Assembly (NCBI GenBank): GCA_016840065.1 | Contig: JAEOTB010000091.1 | Coordinates: 50,609 to 82,608 of the forward strand | DNA: 32,000 nt | Origin: Candidatus Hermodarchaeota archaeon | GTDB lineage: Archaea > Asgardarchaeota > Hermodarchaeia > Hermodarchaeales > Hermodarchaeaceae | Reading direction: 5' to 3' | Shown: one piece after another, positions 1 through 9,161 of the stretch | How the letters are laid out: each line of letters opens with the position of its first letter | How positions within the stretch are numbered: the first letter of the stretch is position 1 | Program-made: the position numbers and the translations under genes | Notes under the pieces: generated by a model | The model's database searches: none | What the model saw: only the letters and a program-made list of their open reading frames with translations | Told to the model about the DNA's origin: nothing

Positions 1-27
1 CGTCTATATTCAGTCCTCTACAAATGT

Positions 28-558
28 TTACACACAACCTTGGCTTTTCATGTAATCAAGGATTTTTTGCGCACATTCTTGTGGTGTCTCTTGCTCAGTA
101 TCCACCACAACTTCAGGATTTAATGGATCTTCATAGGGGTCATCAATACCAGTACATTGTTTAACTTCCCCAGCCAGAGCTCGTTTGTATAGACCCTTAG
201 GGTCTCGACGTATACACTCTTCGATAGAGGCCTTGACGAAGACTTCGATGAATCGGTCGAGTTGAGACCGTGCATAAGCTCGTGTTACCCTGTATGGAGA
301 GATAAGACTAACAACTACATTGACACCATTTCGCATCAGCAATTTACTTAGATATATTACACGGCGGTTATGCAGGTTGCGCTCCTCAGCGCTGAAACCT
401 AGTTTGGGACTTAACTCCTGGCGCACCTCGTCGCCGTCAAGTACTTCGATTTTTTCTCTTCTCTTGCGAAGCTCTGTTTCTATGAGCCGAGCGATGGTTG
501 TTTTCCCACAACCAGGAAGTCCTGTTAGCCAAACTACACAGCCTAGTCCCATTTTCAT
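28..558 (-). CDS. cysC: Adenylylsulfate (APS) kinase
   Basis: 176 aa with P-loop GLPGCGKTTIA and the typical APS-kinase length and layout. Its ATG overlaps the stop of the upstream gene (ATGA at 555-558). Confidence 0.9.
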   Translation of the reverse strand: MKMGLGCVVWLTGLPGCGKTTIARLIETELRKRREKIEVLDGDEVRQELSPKLGFSAEERNLHNRRVIYLSKLLMRNGVNVVVSLISPYRVTRAYARSQLDRFIEVFVKASIEECIRRDPKGLYKRALAGEVKQCTGIDDPYEDPLNPEVVVDTEQETPQECAQKILDYMKSQGCV

Positions 559-1940
559 TTCACCTTGATGATTTTTCCTTCCATGCCTTTTGGCACTTTC
601 AGACCCATAGCATGCAGGATAGTTGGTGCTACATCATAGAGCGTTATATTCTGAATTATACCTCCTACCTTATGTTTAGGGTCCCAGAGAATGAATATAC
701 CATCCCAGTCATGCACTGCATCATCGGGTCCTGTGTCATTCTCTGAGAGATGGAGGCAGTTGTGTCCGAGTGTGCCAGTTGAGCGATAAGATAGGTCATC
801 GAAATAAACCATTAAATCAGGAGGATTCCCCTTTACAACTCCTCCATATAACTCGGCAGGTATGTAAACTTTAGTATCCAGAGCCTCTCCATTAACCCCT
901 CGAATTTGTCGCAGTTTCTCCGATACCTCGCTGCGGATTCTCTCGAAATCCTTCGAATCTATAACACCTGTTTCTTCGCGCCCTTTCACATTGAAAAAAA
1001 CGCGTGCGTAATACCCACCCCAACCCCATGCAGTGGTATTCTCCCAGTCAATGTCAGCCTCATCGAGACGTACCTGTTTTATGGGGTGTGCCTTAAGTTT
1101 GAGGTATCCTTCTCGCACAAGCCACTCGTTGATACAGATAACACCTTTCATAGGCTTGGCACCATGATCTGATACAACAATGACTACCGTGTCATCATCA
1201 ATAATCTCCAAAAGCTCACCAATCTTGCCATCAAGATACTGATAATAATCTGAAAATAGGGATTCATACTTGCTGCCAGGCTCGTGAAGATGGTGCGTTT
1301 TATCGTAATATTTCCAAAAACCATGATGAAGCCTATCAGGACCCATCTCAACAAACATGAAAAAGTCCCAAGGCTTACTCTTCATGAGATACGAGACTAC
1401 TTTGAACCGGTTTTCGGTCAGAGCGTACAAATCCTTTAGTAAACGATCCTTGTCATCTGTACGAAACCCCTTTACATCCAGCAAATACCCGCCCAATTTG
1501 TCTATCTCTTCCTTTAAACTAGGGGGTGATGTATATTGACTTTTTATAGAAGGAGCAAGAAAACCTGAAATTGATAAACCTGTTACACATGGCGGCGGGT
1601 AGGAGGGAGGAACACCCACAATGCAGACATACTTGCCTCTCTTTGAGAGGATATCCCAAACCGCAAGCTCTTTGACATCATATGAGGTAGCGATGTTGAA
1701 CTCTGTATAGGAATTGCCACTTCGATGTCGGAAGCCGTAGATACCTAGCTGACCAGGAGACTGCCCAGTACTCATTACAACCCAGGCCGGACATGTGATT
1801 GGAGGATTTGAACTACGCATCCGTCCATAGATTCCTTCTTCACGCAGCCTCGTAAGATTCGGCATCACATTGGCTAGTTGGTCGAAGACCAATTCTGGAG
1901 CTGCACAGTCCAAACCAATCACTAATACTTTACGAGGCAC
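555..1940 (-). CDS. Alkaline-phosphatase-superfamily enzyme, nucleotide pyrophosphatase/phosphodiesterase (NPP)-like
   Basis: 461 aa. It has an N-terminal metal-ligand motif VLVIGLDC, a nucleophile region NPPITCPAWVVMSTGQSPGQLGIYGF resembling the NPP catalytic Thr segment, and a VVSDHG motif. GTG start at 1940 is preceded by GGTGA. Confidence 0.75.
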   Translation of the reverse strand: MPRKVLVIGLDCAAPELVFDQLANVMPNLTRLREEGIYGRMRSSNPPITCPAWVVMSTGQSPGQLGIYGFRHRSGNSYTEFNIATSYDVKELAVWDILSKRGKYVCIVGVPPSYPPPCVTGLSISGFLAPSIKSQYTSPPSLKEEIDKLGGYLLDVKGFRTDDKDRLLKDLYALTENRFKVVSYLMKSKPWDFFMFVEMGPDRLHHGFWKYYDKTHHLHEPGSKYESLFSDYYQYLDGKIGELLEIIDDDTVVIVVSDHGAKPMKGVICINEWLVREGYLKLKAHPIKQVRLDEADIDWENTTAWGWGGYYARVFFNVKGREETGVIDSKDFERIRSEVSEKLRQIRGVNGEALDTKVYIPAELYGGVVKGNPPDLMVYFDDLSYRSTGTLGHNCLHLSENDTGPDDAVHDWDGIFILWDPKHKVGGIIQNITLYDVAPTILHAMGLKVPKGMEGKIIKVK

Positions 1941-1955
1941 TGCAACTTCACCAAA

Positions 1956-3095
1956 TCATGAAACGAAAGGCTCAGGGTGACTTGCAATCATTTCTGCAAC
2001 CTCCCGTCTCATAAGAGACTCAGGTGGATTTCGACCTTCTTGGAAATATCTGCGAATCTCCGTTCCACTGAAATCAATATGATTACTTTTGGGATGAGGG
2101 CAAGTCTTCTCGTTAGCGATACTCCTACATTTTGTACAATAGAAGAATGATTTGAAGAGTAGCGGGATAATCTCAAGATCGGGAAACTTATCGAAGATTT
2201 CCTGTGCTGCAAGGGGATGATAGAATTTTCCAACACCCGCATGATCCCTTCCCACAATGAAATGAGTGCACCCAAAATTTTTACGCATTATAGCGTGATG
2301 AATGGCTTCACGGGGTCCAGCGTAATACATTGGTGAGCGGAGAATACTGAGGACACAATTTTCTCGGAGGAAATATGTTTTCATTAAAGTGCGGTATGCA
2401 TCAAGGATAACTTCATCGCGGAAATCACCTTGTTTCTTTGGTCCTATTAGAGGGTTGATAAAAATCCCGTCAACAAAGGTTAATGCTGTTTTTTTAACAT
2501 ATTCATGACCGAGATGTGGTGGATTTCTAGTTTGAAATGCTACTATTGTCCTCCACCTTTTTGTTTTAAACAAAATCCTAGTATCTAATGGATACAGCGT
2601 TACTTCTTCGAAATTCAAAGGCGGGGAGGAGATTACAGAGAGTTTCCCACCTAGTAGGGTCTTCTCCATGGTATGAGTCCTAGCTACACCAGGGTGCTCC
2701 GAGTCCTGTGTGCCAAACACTTGCTGAGAGAAATACCTTTTGTCAAGCGTGAATTTGTCTTCAACAAGTAGAACAGCAACTGGAGCACCATCTAGACACA
2801 GAACTACTTCGTCGTCAACCGAGAAATCGTTATCTTGATTGACATCGAATACGATCGGTATGGTCCACGGAACATCAGAGAGCAAACGCATGTCGTCTAA
2901 CACATTGTTGGTCTCGTCTTCTGTCATGAACCCAGTTAAAGGGCTGAGAACGCCATGCCCGATATTCTGAACTATATCAGTCAATGTTGAGGATATGTCA
3001 ATGGTCTGATATTCGCTGATTTGTACCTTCAGTTTGTCAGAATCTTTGTCGGATAGCAACCGAGAAACAAGGTGACCGCCATGTGCTTGGTTCAT
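1956..3095 (-). CDS. sat: Sulfate adenylyltransferase (ATP sulfurylase)
   Basis: 379 aa with QTRNPPHLGHEY (HxxH nucleotidyltransferase motif) and VGRDHAGVG. There is a PUA-like N-terminal region and a Cys-containing C-terminus. Confidence 0.9.
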   Translation of the reverse strand: MNQAHGGHLVSRLLSDKDSDKLKVQISEYQTIDISSTLTDIVQNIGHGVLSPLTGFMTEDETNNVLDDMRLLSDVPWTIPIVFDVNQDNDFSVDDEVVLCLDGAPVAVLLVEDKFTLDKRYFSQQVFGTQDSEHPGVARTHTMEKTLLGGKLSVISSPPLNFEEVTLYPLDTRILFKTKRWRTIVAFQTRNPPHLGHEYVKKTALTFVDGIFINPLIGPKKQGDFRDEVILDAYRTLMKTYFLRENCVLSILRSPMYYAGPREAIHHAIMRKNFGCTHFIVGRDHAGVGKFYHPLAAQEIFDKFPDLEIIPLLFKSFFYCTKCRSIANEKTCPHPKSNHIDFSGTEIRRYFQEGRNPPESLMRREVAEMIASHPEPFVS

Positions 3096-3108
3096 TCTCT
3101 TCCCCCAA

Positions 3109-3342
3109 TCAATCCAAATATCCTAGGGCCCGAAGGCGCGCTTTAATGCGTTTTTCATCTTCGGAAGAGAAGGCCTTTTCAGTAGATTGCTGGGATTCTT
3201 CTGCGAAGATTTCTCGAAGAACATAAGTAACGTAATCGGAAACAGAGGAGAAGCCTGTGTCTTCGATACGCGCTTTGATTTTTCCAAAAAGGGTCTTTGG
3301 GATAGAGACGGTCGTGTATTTGCGTTTGGATTTAGGACTCAT
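3109..3342 (-). CDS. Ribbon-helix-helix (CopG/NikR N-domain type) DNA-binding protein
   Basis: 77 aa. The N-terminal segment KRKYTTVSIPKTLFGKIKARIEDTGFSSVSDYVTYVLREIF fits a beta-strand plus two helices RHH fold. The gene ends 13 nt upstream of the sat start, and GGAG precedes its ATG. Confidence 0.7.
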   Translation of the reverse strand: MSPKSKRKYTTVSIPKTLFGKIKARIEDTGFSSVSDYVTYVLREIFAEESQQSTEKAFSSEDEKRIKARLRALGYLD

Positions 3343-3377
3343 TGACTTGTTCTCCTTTTAATTTTGATAGATGGTTA

Positions 3378-3415
3378 TTAATGCCAGGGCATTAAATTTA
3401 ATGTTATGACATTAC
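3378..3415. promoter_or_regulatory. Two tandem palindromic operator-like sites upstream of the RHH gene
   Basis: TTAATGCC-AG-GGCATTAA (3378-3395) is followed by TAATGT-TATG-ACATTA (3399-3414). The shared consensus is TAATGY-N4-RCATTA with centres 20 bp apart. The near edge lies 36 nt upstream of the RHH ATG. Confidence 0.45.
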
Positions 3416-3517
3416 ACTCTTTCAAATGAGTTCTGCTTCCATCAACGATTATACTAACCAGAAAAAGTCTATCAACCACTGTTCTGGTTGATTTTGGAGA
3501 TAAAACATGAAGGCGAT

Positions 3518-4315
3518 TTAGAACCAGGAGAATAGAGCTATTGCCTTAATGAGAGTTAATGCTCCTAGAAAGATTGTGGCTACACCGATTATCCTAGACT
3601 GTTGTCTTCCTTCGGTACGCTTGACAAAATAACTACCTAGAGGTGCAGCGATAACTGCACCCCCAAAAAGGAAAATTGTATAGAAAATAAAATAAACATC
3701 GAAAATCAATCGACCTAGTAAAATGTATAATGTCACGGCAGTTATACTCACTACTGCTTTAGAGACTGTTGTACAGCCAATCGATTGTGAAGCTTCTCTT
3801 CCTGAGAGAATCTGGCCCCCCGCCACTAGTGGAGTGTAACCCCCACCAGTCAAACCCTTATTAATGGCAGCAACCCCGCCAAGAACAACGATTTTTCTCC
3901 ACGAGAAGGCTATTTTGAATTCAACAATAACTAGTATACCCAGCAATAGAACTGTAAGCCCAACATAGGCTTGGATAAGAATAGGAGTAATACTAACAAG
4001 CGTGTAGAATAATAGAATAGCAGTTACTGCCCCTATCATCCCTGAGATAGAAAGCGCAATCACCATTTTTGAATCGTCGGAGAAGGAGAAATTTACATTG
4101 CCATGAACTTGAAAGGCAATGGCAGTAGCAATTGATGCACCAATTGAGGAAAATAGAATTGCTGGCACCACTTCTATTACTGGTAAGTTAAGTAGAATTA
4201 ATACAGGGGTCAAGAATGTGCCATATCCAAATCCAAATACGGCATCAAGAAATTCAGCTACAAACCCGAGAATGAATAGTAACAGTAGTAGATTAAGACC
4301 TCCGTCCATTACCAT
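3518..4315 (-). CDS. TauE/SafE (TSUP family) anion permease
   Basis: 265 aa polytopic membrane protein with two internally repeated halves carrying Gly-rich segments (FGFGYGTFLTPVL and GLTGGGYTPLVAGG), as is typical of the DUF81/TauE family. Confidence 0.75.
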   Translation of the reverse strand: MVMDGGLNLLLLLFILGFVAEFLDAVFGFGYGTFLTPVLILLNLPVIEVVPAILFSSIGASIATAIAFQVHGNVNFSFSDDSKMVIALSISGMIGAVTAILLFYTLVSITPILIQAYVGLTVLLLGILVIVEFKIAFSWRKIVVLGGVAAINKGLTGGGYTPLVAGGQILSGREASQSIGCTTVSKAVVSITAVTLYILLGRLIFDVYFIFYTIFLFGGAVIAAPLGSYFVKRTEGRQQSRIIGVATIFLGALTLIKAIALFSWF

Positions 4316-4365
4316 CCACCTATAGCTATCTGCTAAGTTTTGATTGATGGATTTTTGAATGCAGA

Positions 4366-6282
4366 CTAAACTAATCGTATAGTTTCGAAGTTTTGAAGGG
4401 CGCGAGTTTCAACCCGACGCCTTTGAGCTAAATCTCTATGAAGATGACTGGACAAGTTAATACATTTGGTAGCCTCACCGTGGCATGTGAGGACTCGTTC
4501 AGGCTTTGGTTGAATACGGCGAGCGTACTCAACGAGTTGACGTCGATCACTATGGCCACTAAACCCTTCAACCGTATGGATTTGCAAATCCACATTTATG
4601 ACTCCACTATGACGTCCACTATTGACCAAGGGGAGTTGGCGTCTTCCTTTTTGTATTCGACGACCTAAAGTTCCTTCAACTTGGTAGCTTACAAAGATAA
4701 TTGAGTTACGAGCATCGCCTGCAAGCTCTTTGAAGTATTCAACGGAAGGGCCGCCAGTCAGCATACCACTTGTTGCAAGGATAATACAGGGACCTCCCTC
4801 TATTATCTCCGTGCGCGCATCATGACCATCAACTTGAGTAAAGTACTCGGCTGTAAATGGATTCTGGCCTTGGTGGAAGATTTTATCTCGGAGTTCACGA
4901 GCGAGATACTCCGGATGAGCTGTGTGAATAGCTGTAGCTTCAGAAATCATGCCATCAACGAATACTGGTGCTTCCATGAGCGTTTTACGGCGCATGTGTT
5001 CGTCTATGACTACTAGAAGTTCTTGGGCACGACCCACTGCGAGAACTGGAACAAGAACCTTGCCACCCACTTTCAATGTCCGATTGATGTAATCGACCAG
5101 TACTCTTTCAGAATTCTTACGAGAAGGCATGATGTCACTTGGAGCACCATAAGTCGACTCCATTATCAGAGTTTCAAGGCGTGGAAACTTATCGATAGCA
5201 GGTTCAAGAAGGCGACTCTTTGCATACTTGAAATCGCCTGTAAACGCAAGGTTGTATTGACCATCACCGAAATGGAGATGAACTATACTCGACCCAAGAA
5301 TATGACCCGCGTTATGGAGTGTAAGGCGAACATCAGGTGCGATATCGGTAACTTCGCCATAATTTAAGGGAATTGTGTGCATGATGAGTTTGCGAATATC
5401 CTTGAGTCCATATGGAGCAACTTTACCTTCCCTATGAGCGACTTCAAGGTAATCAATCTGCAACATCGTCATTAGGTTCTGAGTAGGTGCCGTGCAATAG
5501 ACAGGGCCTTCAAATCCATATTTATACAGGAATGGAGCGAACCCACAATGATCCAGGTGGGCGTGGGTAATAACAAGTGCATCGAGGCTAGAAAGGTCAA
5601 GTTCAGGGAGGTCTAGGCGCGGGAACGCATGTTCTGTGGTACCTACGTTGACGCCGCAGTCAACCATTATTGTAGATTCAGGAGTTTGAAAGAGTTGACA
5701 CATACGTCCAACTTCGCGGAAGCCACCAAGAGTTGTTAGACGAATCCATCCATTGCGGATGTGGATAGGGCGATGAATCCTGCGACCAATTTGGCGGAGT
5801 ATAGTTTTTCGCTCCTCACTTGAGGATTGGATGGCGTGACGAATTTTCAGTATTGTGCTGGAACTTAGCGGTGGTGTACGAATGACAGTGGGTCTCCACA
5901 ATGTCTGTAAACGAATTTGTTCTAGTGTACTACCAGTTCTACCAATTACTAATCCTGGTTTCCTTGCTTCGATTATGACTTCCCCAATTGTGTCATTGAA
6001 TGCAATGCCAGTAATTTCGGCTTCTTTGGGCACGATTTCACGTATGATGGTTTCAGTTTGCTCGTGGGTCTTTCGGATGATTGGGTCGGATCGTATTACT
6101 AGTCTTTTCCGGAGTTGCTTAGCTAGTGTCTTGATTACTGTTTGCTCACCTAGCGCCTTGGGGTTTCTAGCATAAATTGCGATTTCTGGACCTTCAAACT
6201 CGATACTTGTAACACCTGCGGTTGCAGGGAGTCGCGATAGGAGGTCCTGACGGATTTTTTCTAACGAATCTTCAATTGCCAT
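4366..6282 (-). CDS. aCPSF1/FttA beta-CASP ribonuclease with N-terminal KH domains (transcription termination factor)
   Basis: Metallo-beta-lactamase motif HAHLDHCG, a beta-CASP region and an N-terminal KH-like segment GLVIGRTGST. The ORF extends to a GTG at 6297, but the ATG at 6282 (MAIEDS) is preceded by GAGGT and is preferred. Confidence 0.9.
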   Translation of the reverse strand: MAIEDSLEKIRQDLLSRLPATAGVTSIEFEGPEIAIYARNPKALGEQTVIKTLAKQLRKRLVIRSDPIIRKTHEQTETIIREIVPKEAEITGIAFNDTIGEVIIEARKPGLVIGRTGSTLEQIRLQTLWRPTVIRTPPLSSSTILKIRHAIQSSSEERKTILRQIGRRIHRPIHIRNGWIRLTTLGGFREVGRMCQLFQTPESTIMVDCGVNVGTTEHAFPRLDLPELDLSSLDALVITHAHLDHCGFAPFLYKYGFEGPVYCTAPTQNLMTMLQIDYLEVAHREGKVAPYGLKDIRKLIMHTIPLNYGEVTDIAPDVRLTLHNAGHILGSSIVHLHFGDGQYNLAFTGDFKYAKSRLLEPAIDKFPRLETLIMESTYGAPSDIMPSRKNSERVLVDYINRTLKVGGKVLVPVLAVGRAQELLVVIDEHMRRKTLMEAPVFVDGMISEATAIHTAHPEYLARELRDKIFHQGQNPFTAEYFTQVDGHDARTEIIEGGPCIILATSGMLTGGPSVEYFKELAGDARNSIIFVSYQVEGTLGRRIQKGRRQLPLVNSGRHSGVINVDLQIHTVEGFSGHSDRRQLVEYARRIQPKPERVLTCHGEATKCINLSSHLHRDLAQRRRVETRALQNFETIRLV

Positions 6283-6609
6283 GTGATTACCTCGCACCGA
6301 GAAGAAATGAGTTACCTAAACTGATAGCAGTATGAGCATCGTAGAGAAACATGGGTAACCCTTCTACTTGTTAAGGTGTTTCCTCAAAGACTATTAGGGA
6401 ACTCAAATGTCATGGATAGAACATATCGGAGTTAAGAGGAAAATTTTGAGGATTCAGAGAAACAACACTGAACCCCTGTACCTAGTTGAAGAGGAAAAGG
6501 TCAATTATATTTAAGTCTTTTCAGCTGTTATTCAACTCAAGAAAGCAGATACCAAGAGAAATAGGATTATTCAACCAATCTTCCTGAAATCGTCTTTTTA
6601 GAAAGAAGA

Positions 6610-7074
6610 GTGATAACGAAGGTGAAAGTGTTGGCAATAATTACACTAACAGGAAAGCATGTAGCCCGGGTTGGAAATAGTTTTGTATTTTCAGGACAAA
6701 CAGGAGAGTGCGAGGGATGTGTACTTAGAAAGGTTTGTTGCGGTAAATTAGAAACTGATCGTGTGTATATCATCATAAATGTACGAGATAAGATTCATGA
6801 TTGCCCACTTCACGAGGAGGGAGTGCAGTTGGTGGAGGTAGAAGAAGCTTCAGTGAAAGTAGCATTATTATCTCAGCAACTCTTTGAAGGGGCGATTTTC
6901 ACTTTTCAACCTATTGCGTGTGACCAATGGAGCTGTGCAAATATCGATTCATGTAATCCAGTTGGGCTAATTGAGGGTGATCGGGTTCAAATTGTGGATG
7001 TTATCCAGAAGTCAGGATTGGAATGTTCTCTCAATAAGAAACTGGGACACGCGCTTGTCCGTAGAGTGCTATAG
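6610..7074 (+). CDS. UPF0179-family Cys-rich protein
   Basis: About 150 aa with ITLTGKHVARVGNSFVF, CEGCVLRKVCC and VRDKIHDCPLHEEGVQLVEV, as in archaeal UPF0179 proteins. The start is uncertain, with GTG at 6610, 6622 or 6628 and TTG at 6631. Confidence 0.7.
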   Translation: MITKVKVLAIITLTGKHVARVGNSFVFSGQTGECEGCVLRKVCCGKLETDRVYIIINVRDKIHDCPLHEEGVQLVEVEEASVKVALLSQQLFEGAIFTFQPIACDQWSCANIDSCNPVGLIEGDRVQIVDVIQKSGLECSLNKKLGHALVRRVL

Positions 7075-7083
7075 GATAGCAAT

Positions 7084-7884
7084 TCAAGTCTCAGACTTTG
7101 GTAGACCTACAGGCCATTCTTCTATGAAAAGGACTTTCGAATACTTGTCTTTCATATAGGTATCAATATCGTGTGTGACTCCTAGTTTCTGAATCTGTAA
7201 TGACTTGTTTAGCAATAAATGAAGATCTGCTGAAATTGTTATTGTCACATTAGAAGCACGTGTTGCCACAGTGATACTCTTTGGGTCAACTCCGAAGAAG
7301 CGGCGATGGACTAGGGCTTGAACTTTTTCTACTGTTTTTGTATACCTCTGGACGAGTGTGACTTCGTATCTTACAGTACGTCCAGCCAATACGTGATTGA
7401 AATCTACAGTCACTCGCCCCCCTCCAACACGCCGGATAATCCCAGACTGAGAGCCAAGTCGGACTCGCATACCGGGTGCAATTTTGTGCTCGCTTTTTAT
7501 TTTGGCTTTGGGAAGGATTTGGACTCGCTTTGGGTCTCGCAGACCAAAGGCTTTCTCAGGTGGCAGGACTACCGGTTTAGTTTCACCGACTTTCATTCCT
7601 ATCAGAGCTTCATCGAGACCAGAAGGAACCCAAGCTTGTCCTACTATTATTAAGCGCGGCTGATACATTTCTTCGTCGCTGAATACATCCTCTTGGCGCG
7701 CTATTTCCTCCTTTGTAGTATCGAAAAGCTGGTTGTCTTCCTGAGTATAACCAACTATATCAATAAGGACGAAGTCGCCTGCCACAACAGCAGCCGAAGC
7801 TGCAGCACTTTTACTCTTATGTTTACTTCGAGGTTTTGAGGATTTACTTCTAGACGAAGGCTTTTGTTCTGGCATTGTAGTCAT
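7084..7884 (-). CDS. Long-type FKBP peptidyl-prolyl cis-trans isomerase with IF insert
   Basis: FKBP core GDFVLIDIVGYT...GLDEALIGMKVGE...VDFNHVLAGRTVRYEVTLV plus a C-terminal domain. The first 35 aa form a K/S-rich tail. An alternative GTG start at 7785 would remove the tail. Confidence 0.8.
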   Translation of the reverse strand: MTTMPEQKPSSRSKSSKPRSKHKSKSAAASAAVVAGDFVLIDIVGYTQEDNQLFDTTKEEIARQEDVFSDEEMYQPRLIIVGQAWVPSGLDEALIGMKVGETKPVVLPPEKAFGLRDPKRVQILPKAKIKSEHKIAPGMRVRLGSQSGIIRRVGGGRVTVDFNHVLAGRTVRYEVTLVQRYTKTVEKVQALVHRRFFGVDPKSITVATRASNVTITISADLHLLLNKSLQIQKLGVTHDIDTYMKDKYSKVLFIEEWPVGLPKSET

Positions 7885-7970
7885 CTCAAGGATTCTATCT
7901 CGTAAACGCCTTCCGAAGCCTTATAAAATTGTCCACGTTTAATACCGAACCGAACTTCGGTGATAGCTAA

Positions 7971-9146
7971 TTGAGAATATTATTTGTGGTAGAGTCACAT
8001 TCACAAAGGGCTGGAGGAGGACCTATTTACTGGGCGGAGCTTAGTAAAAGGTTGATTCAACGAGGACACAAAGTTCTAATCCTTAGCGGTATTGAGCCAG
8101 GGGCTTCGTTTGCTTCACCGAATACAGTCGGATGCCTTTCGGTGCGACCTGACCTTAGACGACGAACACCTCGTACTTTGTTAAGTCGCTTCCTTTTTTC
8201 TCTGCGCTATATTCCTGCAGTTCGAGCTTTTGCTCACAATTGGAAGCCTGATATTATCCATACGGTTCCTCCAATCGCCTCAGAAGCCGCCTTTCGAGCA
8301 GGAGAATCAGTAGGGGCTCCGGTTGTGGCTTCAGTCCTGTCCCATGTTGAAGCTCAATGGAAAACCTTGGAGGCGCACCCCATTCGTTCTTCGCTATTTC
8401 ATTGGCTTGAGCGGCGCTCCCTCCGACACTCGTTCGCCAAAATAATTTGCATCACTCAGCATTCCCGTAGAGTATTATTGTCAGATGGTATAGCGCCAGA
8501 ACGTGTAGTGTATGTTCCTCACGCTGTAGATACGGACAAGTTCAATCCTAATGTTCAGCCCGAATTCCGTGAACAGCTAAGACTTGGCTCCAAAGAGTTT
8601 GTACTTGGATACGCAGGCACGCTAACGAAAGACAAAGGGATCGAACAATTAATCCATAGTCTTTCTCTACTCAAACATCACAGGAATCTCCATCTTGTCC
8701 TAGCGGGAGTGGGTGAAGACCGGCTATTCTTTGAGAAGTTGACGATTAGTCTTGGATTGACGAATGTTAAGTTTCTTGGACGAATCAGTCACAATGTTAT
8801 GCCAGCTTTTATGAAATCGCTTGATTTGTTTGTTGTTCCTTCCTTTACTGAAACGTTACCAACAACCGTTTTAGAGGCCTTATCAACAGGAACACCCGTT
8901 ATGGCCTCGGCTGTTGGCGGTGTTGCAGACTTTCTTCAGAATAAACTAGGAATCCTCATACACAACCCCAACGAAAAAGTGATAGCGGTAACTATTGAGA
9001 AATGGATAGAGCGACGTTCTGAACTTAGAGAGATGGGAAATCTGGGGCGGAGTTACGTGTTAGAAAACCACTCTTGGCAGAAAACTAGTATTCAAACTGA
9101 AGAAGTATATAGACAGTGCCTTGAAGAAACTAGGAGCGCTTTGTAG
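7971..9146 (+). CDS. GT4-family glycosyltransferase
   Basis: 391 aa. The N-terminus MRILFVVES and the C-terminal motif PSFTETLPTTVLEALSTGTPVMASAVGG (E-x7-E) are typical of GT-B/GT4 enzymes. TTG start. Confidence 0.8.
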   Translation: MRILFVVESHSQRAGGGPIYWAELSKRLIQRGHKVLILSGIEPGASFASPNTVGCLSVRPDLRRRTPRTLLSRFLFSLRYIPAVRAFAHNWKPDIIHTVPPIASEAAFRAGESVGAPVVASVLSHVEAQWKTLEAHPIRSSLFHWLERRSLRHSFAKIICITQHSRRVLLSDGIAPERVVYVPHAVDTDKFNPNVQPEFREQLRLGSKEFVLGYAGTLTKDKGIEQLIHSLSLLKHHRNLHLVLAGVGEDRLFFEKLTISLGLTNVKFLGRISHNVMPAFMKSLDLFVVPSFTETLPTTVLEALSTGTPVMASAVGGVADFLQNKLGILIHNPNEKVIAVTIEKWIERRSELREMGNLGRSYVLENHSWQKTSIQTEEVYRQCLEETRSAL

Positions 9147-9161
9147 CCAGTAGAAACAAAT

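Noticed and set aside
6407-6514. A 35-aa ORF (MSWIEHIGVKRKILRIQRNNTEPLYLVEEEKVNYI) in the 312-bp aCPSF1/UPF0179 intergenic region
   Set aside because: It has no convincing ribosome-binding site or family resemblance, and its length is within chance expectation. I also looked for C/D-box or other ncRNA signatures in this spacer and found none.
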